Source of the DNA: Eledone cirrhosa | Taxonomy: Eukaryota | Direction of reading: 5' to 3' | Length of the DNA: 64,000 nt | NCBI GenBank assembly: GCA_964016885.1 | Contig: OZ024747.1 | Span: 89,714,001-89,778,000 of the forward strand | Notes under the pieces: generated by a model | The model's database searches: none | What the model was told of the DNA's origin: nothing | What the model saw: only the letters and a program-made list of their open reading frames with translations | Program-made: the position numbers and the translations under genes | Shown: positions 52,108 through 64,000 of the stretch, in pieces | Layout of the letters: each line of letters starts with the position of its first letter | Position numbering within the stretch: position 1 is the stretch's first letter

Positions 52108-53084
52108 GTAAGAAGAACTTTCTGTTGCCATGAGAAAAGAACACATTTTACTTTTGATTAGCTTTTTAATTTTTAATTTTTAAATATCTAATTTTTTATT
52201 TTCAACAAGGATTTTGACTACATCATTTATAACTGTCATTTACCATTTTTTTTATTTTTTTGCTTTTCCTGCCAAGCTGGCATTGTTTGGGTGGGTCTAG
52301 AGAATTATCTTGCCATGATAAAATGGCAAGATAAAATTATAATTAATAACCATCTTATTTCTCTATTGATTTAAAATCAACCTTGTTAATTCGTCCTTGA
52401 TTTTTAGTTACTATTTAACACAAACTAATGTTATATGTATGCTTTTCATTTATCTACAATCATCATCATCATTTGACTACAGTAGCAGATAGCCACAATA
52501 ATTCTCCACTCATTGCAGGTTTCATAATCTGTTGTAGTCCCATAGTCATGTGATTAGCCTTGGCCATTACTGGGATATGAATCTCTATACTAAATTTGAA
52601 CTCATAATGAAAAATGCTGGAACAGGTATTGTTAAAGACCTTTTCTGATGTTCTAAAAACTCCATTAATCCACCATCATGGACTAATACTTTATCAACCC
52701 TGAATGGTTATAAGATGGTGTCAACCTCAACAGGATTTGTACTTGGAGTGCAGGGATACCAAGAAATATCTGACAGCTTATGATTATTCCAATCGACCAC
52801 CTTCAAAAATTTGAAATAGTCTATACCAAGTCTACCCTCTCACTAGCTATACATATTTAAAACATATTTCATCATAGGGGACTTAGCAGTTGTAAGAATT
52901 TCCAGCAGCAAATAAGTATGATAGGAAATGTTTATAAATCTATAATCCTGCTGTGTTGTACTTTAGTCAAGTGTCTTCTGCTATAGCCTCAGGCTGACCA
53001 GTACCATGTGAGTGAATTAGGTAGATGGGTACTCTGAAAGTCTGTTGTTTATATGTATGTGTTTGTGTATGTAATAGCTTCCCA

Positions 53085-53424
53085 AACCCTTAACCTGGTG
53101 AATCTCTATCATAATGTTGGCACAGCTCCCATGACTTTTGGAAACACTTTTTTCATACTCAAAGTTGCGGAAGCATGGAACAAACTATCTGCATCAGTTG
53201 TTAGCTGCCAGGACACTGCATCCTTCAAAACTTCCATGCTTCCCAAAATTCGCCAACACTACTCCTGATATTCCTCCTCCATACACATGCATATATGTGT
53301 TTGTCTGTGTGTATCATGACTCATTCACTGTTCACTTTCCTGATATTTGTATATATTATTCTATGTACTCTACATGCACCTTTGATGAGTTGTAGTGCAC
53401 CTGAGCACTGTACACAATCATTTT
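53085..53424 (+). mobile_element. CR1/Jockey-group LINE 3' end
   Basis: FFILKVAEAWNKLSASVVSCQDTASFK matches the FF..RV...WN.LP..VV.......FK C-terminal motif; a 3' UTR follows. Confidence 0.7.
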
Positions 53425-53608
53425 CAGTAGTATCGGTAGAGGGTCTGACGCCATGCTTTGCAGCAAAGAGTTACGGCCCTTTATGATCTGAGTTCAAATC
53501 CCGCCAAGGTTAACTTTGCCTTTCATCCTTACGGGGTCGATAAAATAAAGTACCAGTAATACACTGGGATAATTGTTGGCCTTGTGCCAAAAGAAGAAAC
53601 AATTATTA
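53425..53608 (+). mobile_element. SINE family C
   Basis: Near full-length match to 10015-10222. Confidence 0.9.
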
Positions 53609-54407
53609 TATTAGAAAGAGCATCCAGCTATAGAAATTTCCCATTGTCATGATAAAACTAAGTATAGATATAAAAAAACCCACTGAAATAACCAAATTAA
53701 ATAAGGAATTCTTGCTGCAAATTTAAATAAGATGGGTGTATTTGGTTGAATTGATACAAGTACATGCCTGGAAATCCTTTTTATCAATGCTAAAGGGTTG
53801 ATCAGCAGGATATGGCTTAAGAACATACAGAAATAAAACCAAATACCACAAAACATCTTAAATGGAGTATCATTTACTTCATTCTACTTAATTAATCAAA
53901 ATAATTGAAACTTTTTTTTTTTTTGTAAACAAATAAGTTGCTGTTTTAACTTACAGCTATTTTCATCTGACTAATTTTAATTAACAGAGACTATCCTATT
54001 AAAAATGTAGAACTTGTGTGTATCTTGGTTATACTGTGTTTATCATAGTTTCAATAATATGTTGTGAAGGTATTTGGCCTAGTATTTAAGGTGTTGAATT
54101 CATGATCATAAGGTCATGGGTTCAATTCCTGGACTGGGTGGCATAAAATATTATATTTTACATTGTTCCTTCTGGCAAGAGTTTCAACTGGCATATTGTG
54201 TCAGCATTGGAAAGACCAAAGGAAATATTGTTACCCTGATTTGATCTGAAAAATAAAAATAATATAAACACTTTAAAATAAACAAATTTGTATCGTAAAA
54301 TAAAGGGCAGTTTTATGCTGGTTGGTATCAAAAGTGTTAAATCTGTGCTAAATTTACTTTTAATAACATCAAAACTACTTCCTTCAAAATATTGCAGCAT
54401 ATATTAA

Positions 54408-54846
54408 CCCTTTACCATTTACATTACTCTATATACACTATTATATTTTTATTACCTCACATAATATCTCACATAATATTGAATCTATTAGATTGTGATC
54501 ATCATCATCATCATTTTACGCCCGCTTTTCCCTGCTTGCAAGGGTGGGATGGGTCCTGTTCAGCGCAGCATCTCTCCATTCATCACGGTCCTTCGCCATC
54601 TCCTCCATGAGCTTCAGCAATCTGTGGTTAACTCTCACCACCTCTGCCAAGATTTTCGTGGTCTTCCTCTACTGCGTCTTTCTTCTACTCGGATTTCTTG
54701 GCACTTCTTTACCCAGCGTTCATCCTCCATGTGCATCACATGTGATACCATACCTTAAAATTAATATGAGTGGCGATTATGACCAGTTTGAATAAAAATT
54801 GGTGAGAGGATTCTGGCTGTATAAGGCTGGTTTAAATGCTAAAGGG
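54408..54846. mobile_element. TTAA MITE carrying a nested RTE 3' end
   Basis: TTAA-CCCTTTACCATTTA ... TAAATGCTAAAGGG-TTAA with a ~240-bp insert. Confidence 0.85.
54500..54740 (-). mobile_element. Short RTE LINE 3' end with (GAT)n tail
   Basis: HVMHMEDERWVKKCQEIRVEERRSRGRPRKSW; TGTGAT repeated at 54494-54499 and 54741-54746. Confidence 0.85.
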
Positions 54847-56608
54847 TTAAGGTAATTTTTGTAGCAACTAAAACTGATAACCCTGTTTTAGCCTTTTACT
54901 CTATTTTAAAAGTGTTTAGTTAGAAAATAAAAAAGAGAAAATAATTCAAATTTTGTTTTAAAACAAGTTTATGTTGAAAAGTAGCTTCAATTACTGTATT
55001 GAATGTTAGACAACATGTTATAATAAATATGTTATCAGCAATATCCAAAATTAATGATTGATTTCACTTGAATTATCATAGCATGAAGCATATAGCTATT
55101 TCACTAATTTATGAGTTAAAGCAAACAAAACCGAAAAAGAAAAAACATTACACCGTCAACGTATTATAGTGTAAAGGAGAAAAGAATCAGCACTTTGGGT
55201 GGGGTAGGTTTGTTTTTCTGTTTGTTTTTGCTCATAAATTGCCCTCTAAACTGCTATGTTGACGCAGATCAAAACCCCAGATTTCTCAGATACTGGATTT
55301 CATATAGTCATTTAAATTATTAATTACAATGTTGCTGACATTGACATGAGATAACAGGAGAATATTATTAACATTCAACCACTGCAGTGGAAAATCAATG
55401 GAAATTGACTACTTGGCAAACTTAACACTACTTGTATACCATGCTGTGTATGGATATTCTATATATGTACTCTGATGACCCTATTCTAATGATTGATATC
55501 ATTATATATAGTCAACTTTGTGTATTTTCACAAGATTAGCTAGCATAGATATATTTGTTGGCTGAGATTTCTACTACCAGTGTTAAGATATTAACTAAAA
55601 AAATAGATGGTTAATTTGAAGAAAATATTACTAAAACTAAAATCTTGTGTCAGCTCATTTTTATATAATGTTAAACATTGGATATATAGCATATAACCTT
55701 ATTGATTTGAGTCTAAGTATGAAAGTATAATTTTTTTCGCCAAAGTTGTCCGCTTCACATTAATAATACATCACCTAATGAGGAGACTTTATTAAATGTT
55801 TGTATATAAACACAATTTATATGATAAAGAAAAGAGGAAGAACATAAAAAAGGGAGGGAAATTACCCACACACTGAATTACATGCCACAACAAGGAGCAT
55901 TAAAGTTTCCTTCTTATAAATATAATTACACTTATTTTGTTTTTGCATTGCTGCATTGCCTTTCATCCATTTGAGGTCGATAAAAGAAGTACCAGTCTAG
56001 TACTGGGGTCGATTCTTCCTGTATATCTCTTTCTCATTTCCTTTCTTTCACTCTCTATTCTTCTCTGGAAGAAATATGTTGTACTCAGGCCTGGAAAAGG
56101 GATGGGCTCTGTCAGGTTTTAAAACATATGCCCTAAGTAATGCTGTATGTCAATATGGCACCCTTATGACTCTCTTGGGAGTTACAGAACCATACCATAG
56201 AATACCATACCATTTAGAGTGAAAAAATGTATATAACATAAAATAATGTTCTTGTATACATGGAAAATATGTGTTGAAGTATCATTTTATGCTTCACATT
56301 ATCTAACAATGACTACAAATCAAGCAAATTCCAAGTTTAGAAATGAGAATTAGGTTTTATATAGATGACAATGAGAGACATCAAAAAGTATAAACCTGAA
56401 AATTCAGTTTAAAAAAATATTTTCAATATTACAACTGTTAAGATGATAATGGTGATGAATAATATTTAAATGGTTATTCTATGGTCTAAATATATATTCC
56501 AAGAGATGGCAACATGAATAGACCTGTTATTTTTCTCTAAAAGCATTTTTTCCGATTCTGCCCCGCGTGTCCCTCCATCATCATCATCGTTTAACATCCA
56601 TCTTTTTG

Positions 56609-56745
56609 CTGATGAAGGACTAGCATCCAAAACGTTAAAACCCTCTTCCTGCTATTTCAAGTGTTAACCTAATATATTCCTTCCATATACTGTACCGATT
56701 GTGTTGTTATTTCTGTTTACCTTTTACATACATACATATATATAT
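56609..56745 (+). repeat. Short hammerhead-bearing repeat, copy 2 (core G12 mutated)
   Basis: CTGATGA-AGGACTAGCATCC-AAAA-CGTT, then ~100 bp matching copy 1. Confidence 0.75.
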
Positions 56746-57759
56746 ACACACACATATACATGTCCTATTTGACATATTTACATGCATGTCCTAAGCAAAG
56801 TGACTTACACTGAATTCAGTATGTACATCTTGAGCAAGTATCATTTACAATAGCCTCAGCTTGTCTTAAGCATAGTGTATGACATTGCATAGAGAGAAAC
56901 TGTTTGGTAGCTCATTGGATGGACTGTACATGTAATTCAAACAGCCAGTCCTGTCTCATACAGTATCATGCTGCATTTCCCTAAATATTACATTAAGGAT
57001 ACATGATTCTGTGGAATGCTCAACCACTTGTACATTAATTTTATGAGTAGGCTACTCTATTGATTGAACATCATTGAAACTATAGGAGGTCCATTGCATT
57101 CTACACTATTTCATTATTATCTAAATATTGTGTATGCAGGTCAAACAAAGTTTACATTAAATGTGTGAATAAATTTCAGTGCACTGATTCAGAATCCATA
57201 GTTTAAGTACATCAAATCTAAACATGTAAAGATCAGTGTGAATAGCCAAGTAGTAAAAGCCTTAAAGCATTCAACGGTTTATTGAAAGTAATCAGTAATA
57301 TATGTTACTTAGTTTACTAATTTAATGCCAGTGCTGCTAAGTAACTACTGCTCCTATTAGCATCAAAGCAAACTTCTCTTTGAATAAAAGTTTCGACTAG
57401 ATCATAAATGATGGCAACAAAATATGATATTACAAGATGACAGAGAACATATAACAAATTGATGATGTATGAATTGAATGATGTATGTTAAGCTTATAAC
57501 CTAAACGTAAGTAATCAACTGTTTGCAAAGGAAGTAAGAAAAGCAGTCTCTTAAATTCCAGCTAGCAAGTATCTAGAGTTGAATGGTTTCATTCTTATCA
57601 AACGCCATAACCTAAGGTGATTATACATACACAGTAAAAGATGCAACCCATCCTTCTGATACAGTATTTAAATTTGGTTGCATTAGTATGCAGTGTTTCA
57701 ATAGACATATAACACTGTTGTATACTAGTGTGTCTCCAGTTACAGTATGTCTCGGCTTC

Positions 57760-58105
57760 TCTCAGACTCAGATTCAGAAGCTCCCGCATCTTGCGACGCA
57801 TGAGGCAATCATAGTGTTCCACCGTGTTCGGTCAGCAGCCAGTTGCACAGCGTCCCGCCATTGTCTGTTTGTCACTCGCAGGTCCCTCTCAACTGTCTGG
57901 CGCTAGTTCATTTTGGGTCGCCCTCTCCGTCTGCTTCCCTGTGGGTTCCATTTAAGTACTTGGTTCGCCAGTCTCTCCGGGGGAAGTCTCAAAGCGTGCC
58001 CAAACCAGCCCAGGCGTTGCTTGCAGATGGCAGAAGAGACTAGCTGCTGGTTGGTGCGGTTCCTGACTTCCTGGTTTGTTACATGGTCACTCTATGTAAC
58101 ATATC
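57760..58105 (-). mobile_element. RTE-clade LINE 3' fragment
   Basis: DHVTNQEVRNRT...QRLGWFGHALRLPPERLANQVLKWNPQGSRRRGRPK. Confidence 0.85.
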
Positions 58106-58680
58106 TCTGAGAGATATTATTTCTCCCTTAACTCTTTCATTACTACATCTCTAATGAAAGACACTCTGTAATTTTCAAATAATTAAAAAAATAATGAAGT
58201 ATTTTGAGGGATTGAGTAATCTTTTTTTTTTGTTGTTTCTTTTGTATCATAGAACCAGGATCAACAATCAGTTTTAGGTGGTTTGGTATGAAAAGGGTTA
58301 AAATATGTTTATCTCCTCCACATGTTTATGATTACTGAGATATGTTTTATGTCTCAGTATATTTCAGGTGAAACTGTTCTCAAATATACAAAAGATAAAA
58401 CAGAAAATATGAAACAAAGAAAACTTCCATATCACATTGATTTGAGATGTGTTTTAATTAAAGAAATTAAATGATGTGAAAATGAGAGATTAGAAACAAA
58501 ACAATACAGAGTAAAAAATGAACTATTATAATTGAACCATAATATATCTTGTTTTACAAAGTAAGGAAATGAGTCTGTGGTGTAAGAAATAATTAAATAT
58601 TATGAATATAATATTACAGATAGAGTATGAAACTGTTTCACTGTATAATTTTGTTGATGCCTTTAAGCTATAATATTTTC

Positions 58681-58828
<148 letters not shown>

Positions 58829-59362
58829 GGGTGAAAATGTGTGGACATTAGAAAACGTTCTATAGAGATCACATTATATAATGAAAATTATAAAAAAAAA
58901 CGAGGGTTCAAAAAGCACACCTGGTATATATACACACACACACACAAATACACACACACATATATATATATATATTTTTTTTTTATAACACGTATAAAAT
59001 TCTTTTCAGCATTTTATATCTACAACCAGTGTAACTTATGTCGACACAATTTTATATAGATATAAAATAAACCATGTAAAGTAAAGAAAAAACTGTTTAA
59101 CAGATACAAATTATTGCACTTCTAAAGTAGGGTGATCTATTTGATCATAATTAATCCATTTAAAATGTTTAAAATAACAGTGGCATGTAAGTGTGACGTA
59201 TACCAATGCAAAAAAATCGCCCCCAAAACAAAAAGGCACTAGTGCACCAATTCAAATCTTGCCAGTTTCAAAATTACCCAGTTTTCTGGATTTTCCATAT
59301 TTCTGGAGCCTGTATATGGTTCAATGCCTGTACTATTCCTTTTATTATGAAAGTAGATTTAA

Positions 59363-59571
59363 TCCGTTACCATTTACATTACTTTATATTTATTATTGTA
59401 TTTTTGTGGTAATGGCTTTATCTCACATAATTATCTCACGTAATATTGAAGTTATGAGATTTTGATGTTATTTATTTTGAGAACAATACCTTTGTGGCCA
59501 ATTAGGGCGGGTTTGAGCAGAAAGAAGTGAGAGAATTCTGGCTGGATATGGCCAGTTTAAATACTAAAGGG
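59363..59571. mobile_element. TTAA MITE
   Basis: Reverse-oriented match to 2263-2468 with slightly decayed termini. Confidence 0.75.
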
Positions 59572-59996
59572 GTAAACAAATTAGCCTGTTTTCTGGAATT
59601 TCCATATTTCTGGAGCCTGTATAAATAGTTCAAAACCTGTACTACGTCTTTTATTATAAAATCAGATTTAAAAACCAATTCTAATGGAATCATTGTTTAT
59701 TTGGTCAGTTAAAACCTTCAAATTGAGCTGTTCTTAGAGACGTTATTAGGTGGTTGTTTTGCTATGCATATGATAAAAAACATTTACAAATTAATATCAA
59801 TATGGTATGTCACATTTTATAACCTCTAACATATTGTGTTCTTACAGCAGCACAAGTTCATTACATGCATTACTTTAATTATAATTATATTTTGCTTATG
59901 ATATATCTAATGTCATGTAAACATATAAACATTTATAAAATCTTCTCTGTATAGAATATTGTTGTCTGATTTGATAATACTTGAAAGACGTTTGTT

Positions 59997-59997
59997 T

Positions 59998-60029
<32 letters not shown>

Positions 60030-60310
60030 GGTGGTGTCATTGTCACTGCTACCACCATCACCACCACCACCACCACCACCATCACCACCACCACCACCAC
60101 CACCACCATCACCACCACTACCACCACCACTATCACCACCACCACCACCACCACTGCCGCCACCATCACCACCACCACCATCATCACCGCCACCATCACC
60201 ACCACTACCACTACCACCACCACCACCACCACTGCCGCCACCACCATCAATGCCACCACCATCACCGCCACTACCAGCACCACCAGCACCGCCACCACCA
60301 CCACCACCAT
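59997..60310. repeat. (GTT)n(GGT)n followed by a long (CAC)n-type trinucleotide array
   Basis: Directly visible. Confidence 0.95.
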
Positions 60311-60397
60311 CCTTATCATAAATTCAACATTGCCAAAAATCTTAATATAATTGAACAAGAATTGTTATTGTCCTGAAAAGCTCATAATAACATTTTT

Positions 60398-60917
60398 CAC
60401 ACACACACATATGCATGCATACATGCACATGCGCTCACACACACACACTCATACACACACAAGCACACATATACATGCATGCATACACTATCTCACACAC
60501 AGATACACACACATGCATGCATACACATGCACTCTCACACACAGATACACACACATGCATGCATGCATACACATGCTTTCTCACACAGACACTCACACAT
60601 ATACATGCTCACACACTCACACACACATGCACACACACACATCCATACATGCACATGCTCTCTCTCTCTCACACACATACATTTACACACACACACATAT
60701 ACATGCATATGCTCACTCTCTCTTTCTCTCTCTGTTTCTCTCTGTCTGTTTCTCTTTCTCTATCTCTGTTTCTCTCTGTCTGTTTCTCTCTCTCTCTTTC
60801 TCCCTCACACACATATACATGCATATGCTCTCTCTCTCTCTCTGTCTCTCTTGCTCTCTCTCTCTTCCTCTCACTCACACACACTCACACACTTACCCAC
60901 ACACACACACACACACA

Positions 60918-60995
<78 letters not shown>
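60398..60995. repeat. Imperfect (CA)n/(CT)n tract
   Basis: Directly visible. Confidence 0.95.
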
Positions 60996-60999
<4 letters not shown>

Positions 61000-61324
61000 A
61001 TTAAGCTATGTTCAATCTACCCAGCAGGAGGATAAAATGACCTATTCAACCTATGATGAAACGAAAAAATACAACTAAACAACTAAAATAAAATTTAATG
61101 CTTGTGTGAGAAGTTTGAAATAAAGAAAACCAGAAAAAAAGCAACTTTCCTGTATTTCTATATTGTATACTTTCATTTGCTTTCTATTCTTTACTAATAA
61201 TCAAATGCAAAAGTGTCACTGAGTAGATTATTGTAGTTTTTTTCTTTATTATCCTCTCATACACTCATATTTATTTCGTTTTGCTCTTTCTCAATATTTT
61301 CACATCCACACAAACAGCAACAAA

Positions 61325-61608
61325 TGTATGTGTGTGCGTTTGCGTGTGTGTATTTGTGTGTGTGTGTGTAAGTATTTTTGTGTGTGTAAAGGGTGTGTTT
61401 GTGTTTGTATATATGTGTATGCATCTCTGTGTGTGTTTGTGTTTGCATGCATGTGTTTGTGTGTATATATATGTGTATGTATCTGTGTGTATGTATATAT
61501 ATAATGTGTGTTTGTGTTTGTGTGTGTGTCTGTGGGTGTTGGTGTGTGCATGTTTGTGTGGGTTTGTGTTTGCATGTCTGTGTGTGCATGCATGTATGTT
61601 TGTGTGTA
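61325..61608. repeat. Imperfect (TG)n tract
   Basis: Directly visible. Confidence 0.95.
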
Positions 61609-62296
61609 AATGGTGGAGAATGCAGTTAAAATATAACACATAATTTTATCTATATTCTTTGTTTGTCATACTATGTTATGGTAAATCAGAAAAATACTTA
61701 TTATTTTCTATAAAACGCAGTATTCTTTCTAAAGCTCTGGAAGAATTAAGACAGCCGTCACAAATACAAATGAAGTAAATAAGAATGTTGACATGATCAA
61801 ACTTAAACACATAAAGACAGCACAGTGAAGCTTTTCCACATTTAATCAAATATATTTTGTTTTCTTGAACTTTGGAATGTGATGGTATGTTAGTATAAGT
61901 ATATTGATTTTGTTACAGTGTTGGTGAATAATTTTGGTTATTGGATATACTTGGTTCAATTTCATTTCTTCCGTTTCTCAACTATATTAATTGAATTAAA
62001 ATTTCATTATTTGATTTGATATTTTACTCCCACTAGCTAGACGTGAATTAGAAAAATTAAAAATTAACACAGACTTAATGAATTAATTTATTATATTCAT
62101 CACAAATTAAAGGTATTTTTCTAGGCAATTTATTTTGTAACTTGGAAACCAACCAAAATCGAAGGCCTGTTTAAGAAAATTTTTCCTCAAATAACCATTG
62201 TTTACAATGTTTTATTTGTTAACAATTTTTAAACTGTTTTTAAACTGTTAAAATATTTACAGATATCTTTGAAACGAATCTCTGGTTTAATTTCTT

Positions 62297-62341
<45 letters not shown>

Positions 62342-62405
62342 GAGGTTATATTTAATTTAAAAAATTTTATAACTGATATAAAGCACTCAACAGTTTGTGG
62401 AGTAA

Positions 62406-62495
62406 ATATACAATATATTAATAAATGGAAACTATATTTATATATATAAATATGGTTTTATAAATATAGTTTCCATTTATTAATATATTGTATAT
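62406..62495. repeat. Perfect 37-bp inverted repeat with 16-nt loop
   Basis: ATATACAATATATTAATAAATGGAAACTATATTTATA (62406-62442) and its exact reverse complement (62459-62495). Confidence 0.9.
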
Positions 62496-62707
62496 ATATA
62501 TATATAACATTTTAGAATGTTTAATAAGCTAGCATTGGATATATTTACTACTATTTTACTATTATATTTGTTGATTTCTATTTTAATAATAATAATAATA
62601 ATAATAATGAAATTATTTTGTTTAAAATGAATGAAAATACAATTTTCTGACCTGAGATACATAATTACAATTCAAAGAATTTTTTTTCCCACTTTTGTTT
62701 TTCTTAG

Positions 62708-62887
62708 ATGAATTTTTGGAGAATAAAGCCGACAGTCAAGTGCCTTCAAATCACAAACGGTCTGAGTCAAATGCAACCACAGTTTCAGAAAACAGTTTTC
62801 GAAGACAGTTCCTTCATCGAAACAAAAAAGTCGTCTTACGTAAAGATAGTCAAACTGAATACCAAAGGTTCTCTGCTAAATTCTTAG
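62708..62887 (+). CDS. Third coding exon of the host gene (180 nt, phase 1-1)
   Basis: Acceptor TTTTGTTTTTCTTAG|, strong donor AG|GTGAGT; open in the expected frame (DEFLENKADSQVPSNHKRSESNATTVSE...AKFL). Confidence 0.85.
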   Translation: MNFWRIKPTVKCLQITNGLSQMQPQFQKTVFEDSSFIETKKSSYVKIVKLNTKGSLLNS

Positions 62888-62917
62888 GTGAGTGAAGCTT
62901 TGAAATTATTTTTCTTT

Positions 62918-63198
62918 TTGGCAGTAACTGTAAAGCATCGGACAACATGCTATAGCATAGGGTCACACCCCTTTACGATCTGAGTTCAAATCGTGCTGAA
63001 GTTATCTTTGCCTTTCATCCTTACAGTGTTGATAAAATAAAGTACCAGTAATGTACTGGGGTCGATTCAATCGACTTTCTCTTTCCCCAAAAATTGTTGG
63101 CCTTGTGCCTAAATCAGGAACCATTATTGTCGCTGAGGTTAGTTTTGCCTTTCAGCCATACAGGGTCGATAAAATAAAGTAGTACCAGTAATGCACTG
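62918..63198 (+). mobile_element. SINE family C (long form) plus a partial second copy
   Basis: B box, body and GTCGATTCAATCGAC insert, starting ~30 bp after the exon 3 donor. Confidence 0.8.
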
Positions 63199-63534
63199 AA
63201 ACCAATATTTTGTGCTAGAGAAACTAGAAGTTTGATTTTCCTCTGATGCTTTTTCTTTTTCAAAGAGATTTCCCACAAAGTTAAGACATATATATTCATT
63301 TACTTATACTCTTCTTTATTATAACATTATTTTTATTCTTCATTTTGCTGATAGGCCTAAAACTATTATGTCAAGTGAGTATAGTCCTCAATAAATAAAC
63401 ATTTAAGTTGTGTTGTCATCAAACACTTTAAATGTAGCCCTTTTGTAACACCAGTGATGTGTTTGTTAATATTTCTTGTTTTTGTTTTTGTTTTGTTTTG
63501 TTTTTACTGTATGTATTTTGTTTCTCTCATAATT

Positions 63535-63718
63535 AGAATTTTTCTTGCTGAATTCTAGAACTTTCTCTCCCTATTTACTACAATATTACTGAATATTTAG
63601 ATGTTAAATTTTCCTGCTTAACTCTATATTTTTTCTCTCCCTATTTACTAAATTTTGACTATTTAGATGTGAAATTTTTCTGCTTAATTCTAGAATTTAC
63701 TCTTCCTATTTACTACAA
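63535..63718. repeat. ~68-bp tandem repeat, ~2.5 units
   Basis: Recurrent CTCTCCCTATTTACTA...ATTTAGATGT.AAATTTT.CTGCTTAA.TCTA. Confidence 0.7.
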
Positions 63719-64000
63719 AAATCAAAAAAATCATAAACAAATCGATTTCAAATAACAACACTACAGATATTTAAAAACAAAAAATGGGAAAGAGGGAATG
63801 ATGGGCACTAGGCCTAGGGTGTGGCAGTGTTGGGGCTGCGATTATTTAGATGTCCCTAGCCCAGTCACTCTCCTCACTCTCTCTGTCAGATACCGATTCC
63901 ATCACTTAGTTCTAATATCGTTATGCTTGTAATTAATATTGATTAAATTCTCTAGCTAATTTCATTTTGTCTCTCTGATAATTTTCATCAAATTATTAAA

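Noticed and set aside
51850-52161. Poly-Leu ORF resembling a signal or transmembrane segment
   Set aside because: Alternative frame of the exon 2 repeat; splice phase selects the Thr/Ala frame.
59933-61643. Poly-His, poly-Pro, poly-Val and His-Thr ORFs of 110-217 aa
   Set aside because: Open in most frames because they are simple repeats; no splice or domain support.

Overview
This is AT-rich eukaryotic (animal) genomic DNA. The tRNA-derived SINE families, RTE LINEs and very long (TA)n/(CA)n tracts look like a coleoid cephalopod, probably octopus; that assignment is inferred from recalled repeat families and is unverified. One host gene runs on the + strand with three phase-compatible coding exons (37669-38968, 51844-52107, 62708-62887) encoding a low-complexity, acidic N-terminus, and it continues past the window. 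The rest is intron-like or upstream DNA filled with retroelements (RTE, CRE-like, CR1-like, Penelope-like), at least three SINE families, a deleted mariner, several MITE families and microsatellites. Highlights: (1) a near full-length decayed Penelope-like element bounded by ~305-bp inverted repeats that carry a type I hammerhead ribozyme fold with a non-canonical core (CAGAAGA in place of CUGANGA) in all three local copies; (2) two further, unrelated hammerhead families; (3) an inverted pair of hammerhead-bearing repeats bracketing a frame-preserving exon whose 5' junction builds a DSGIYAES degron-like motif. All folds, alignments and identities were done by eye and need computational confirmation.
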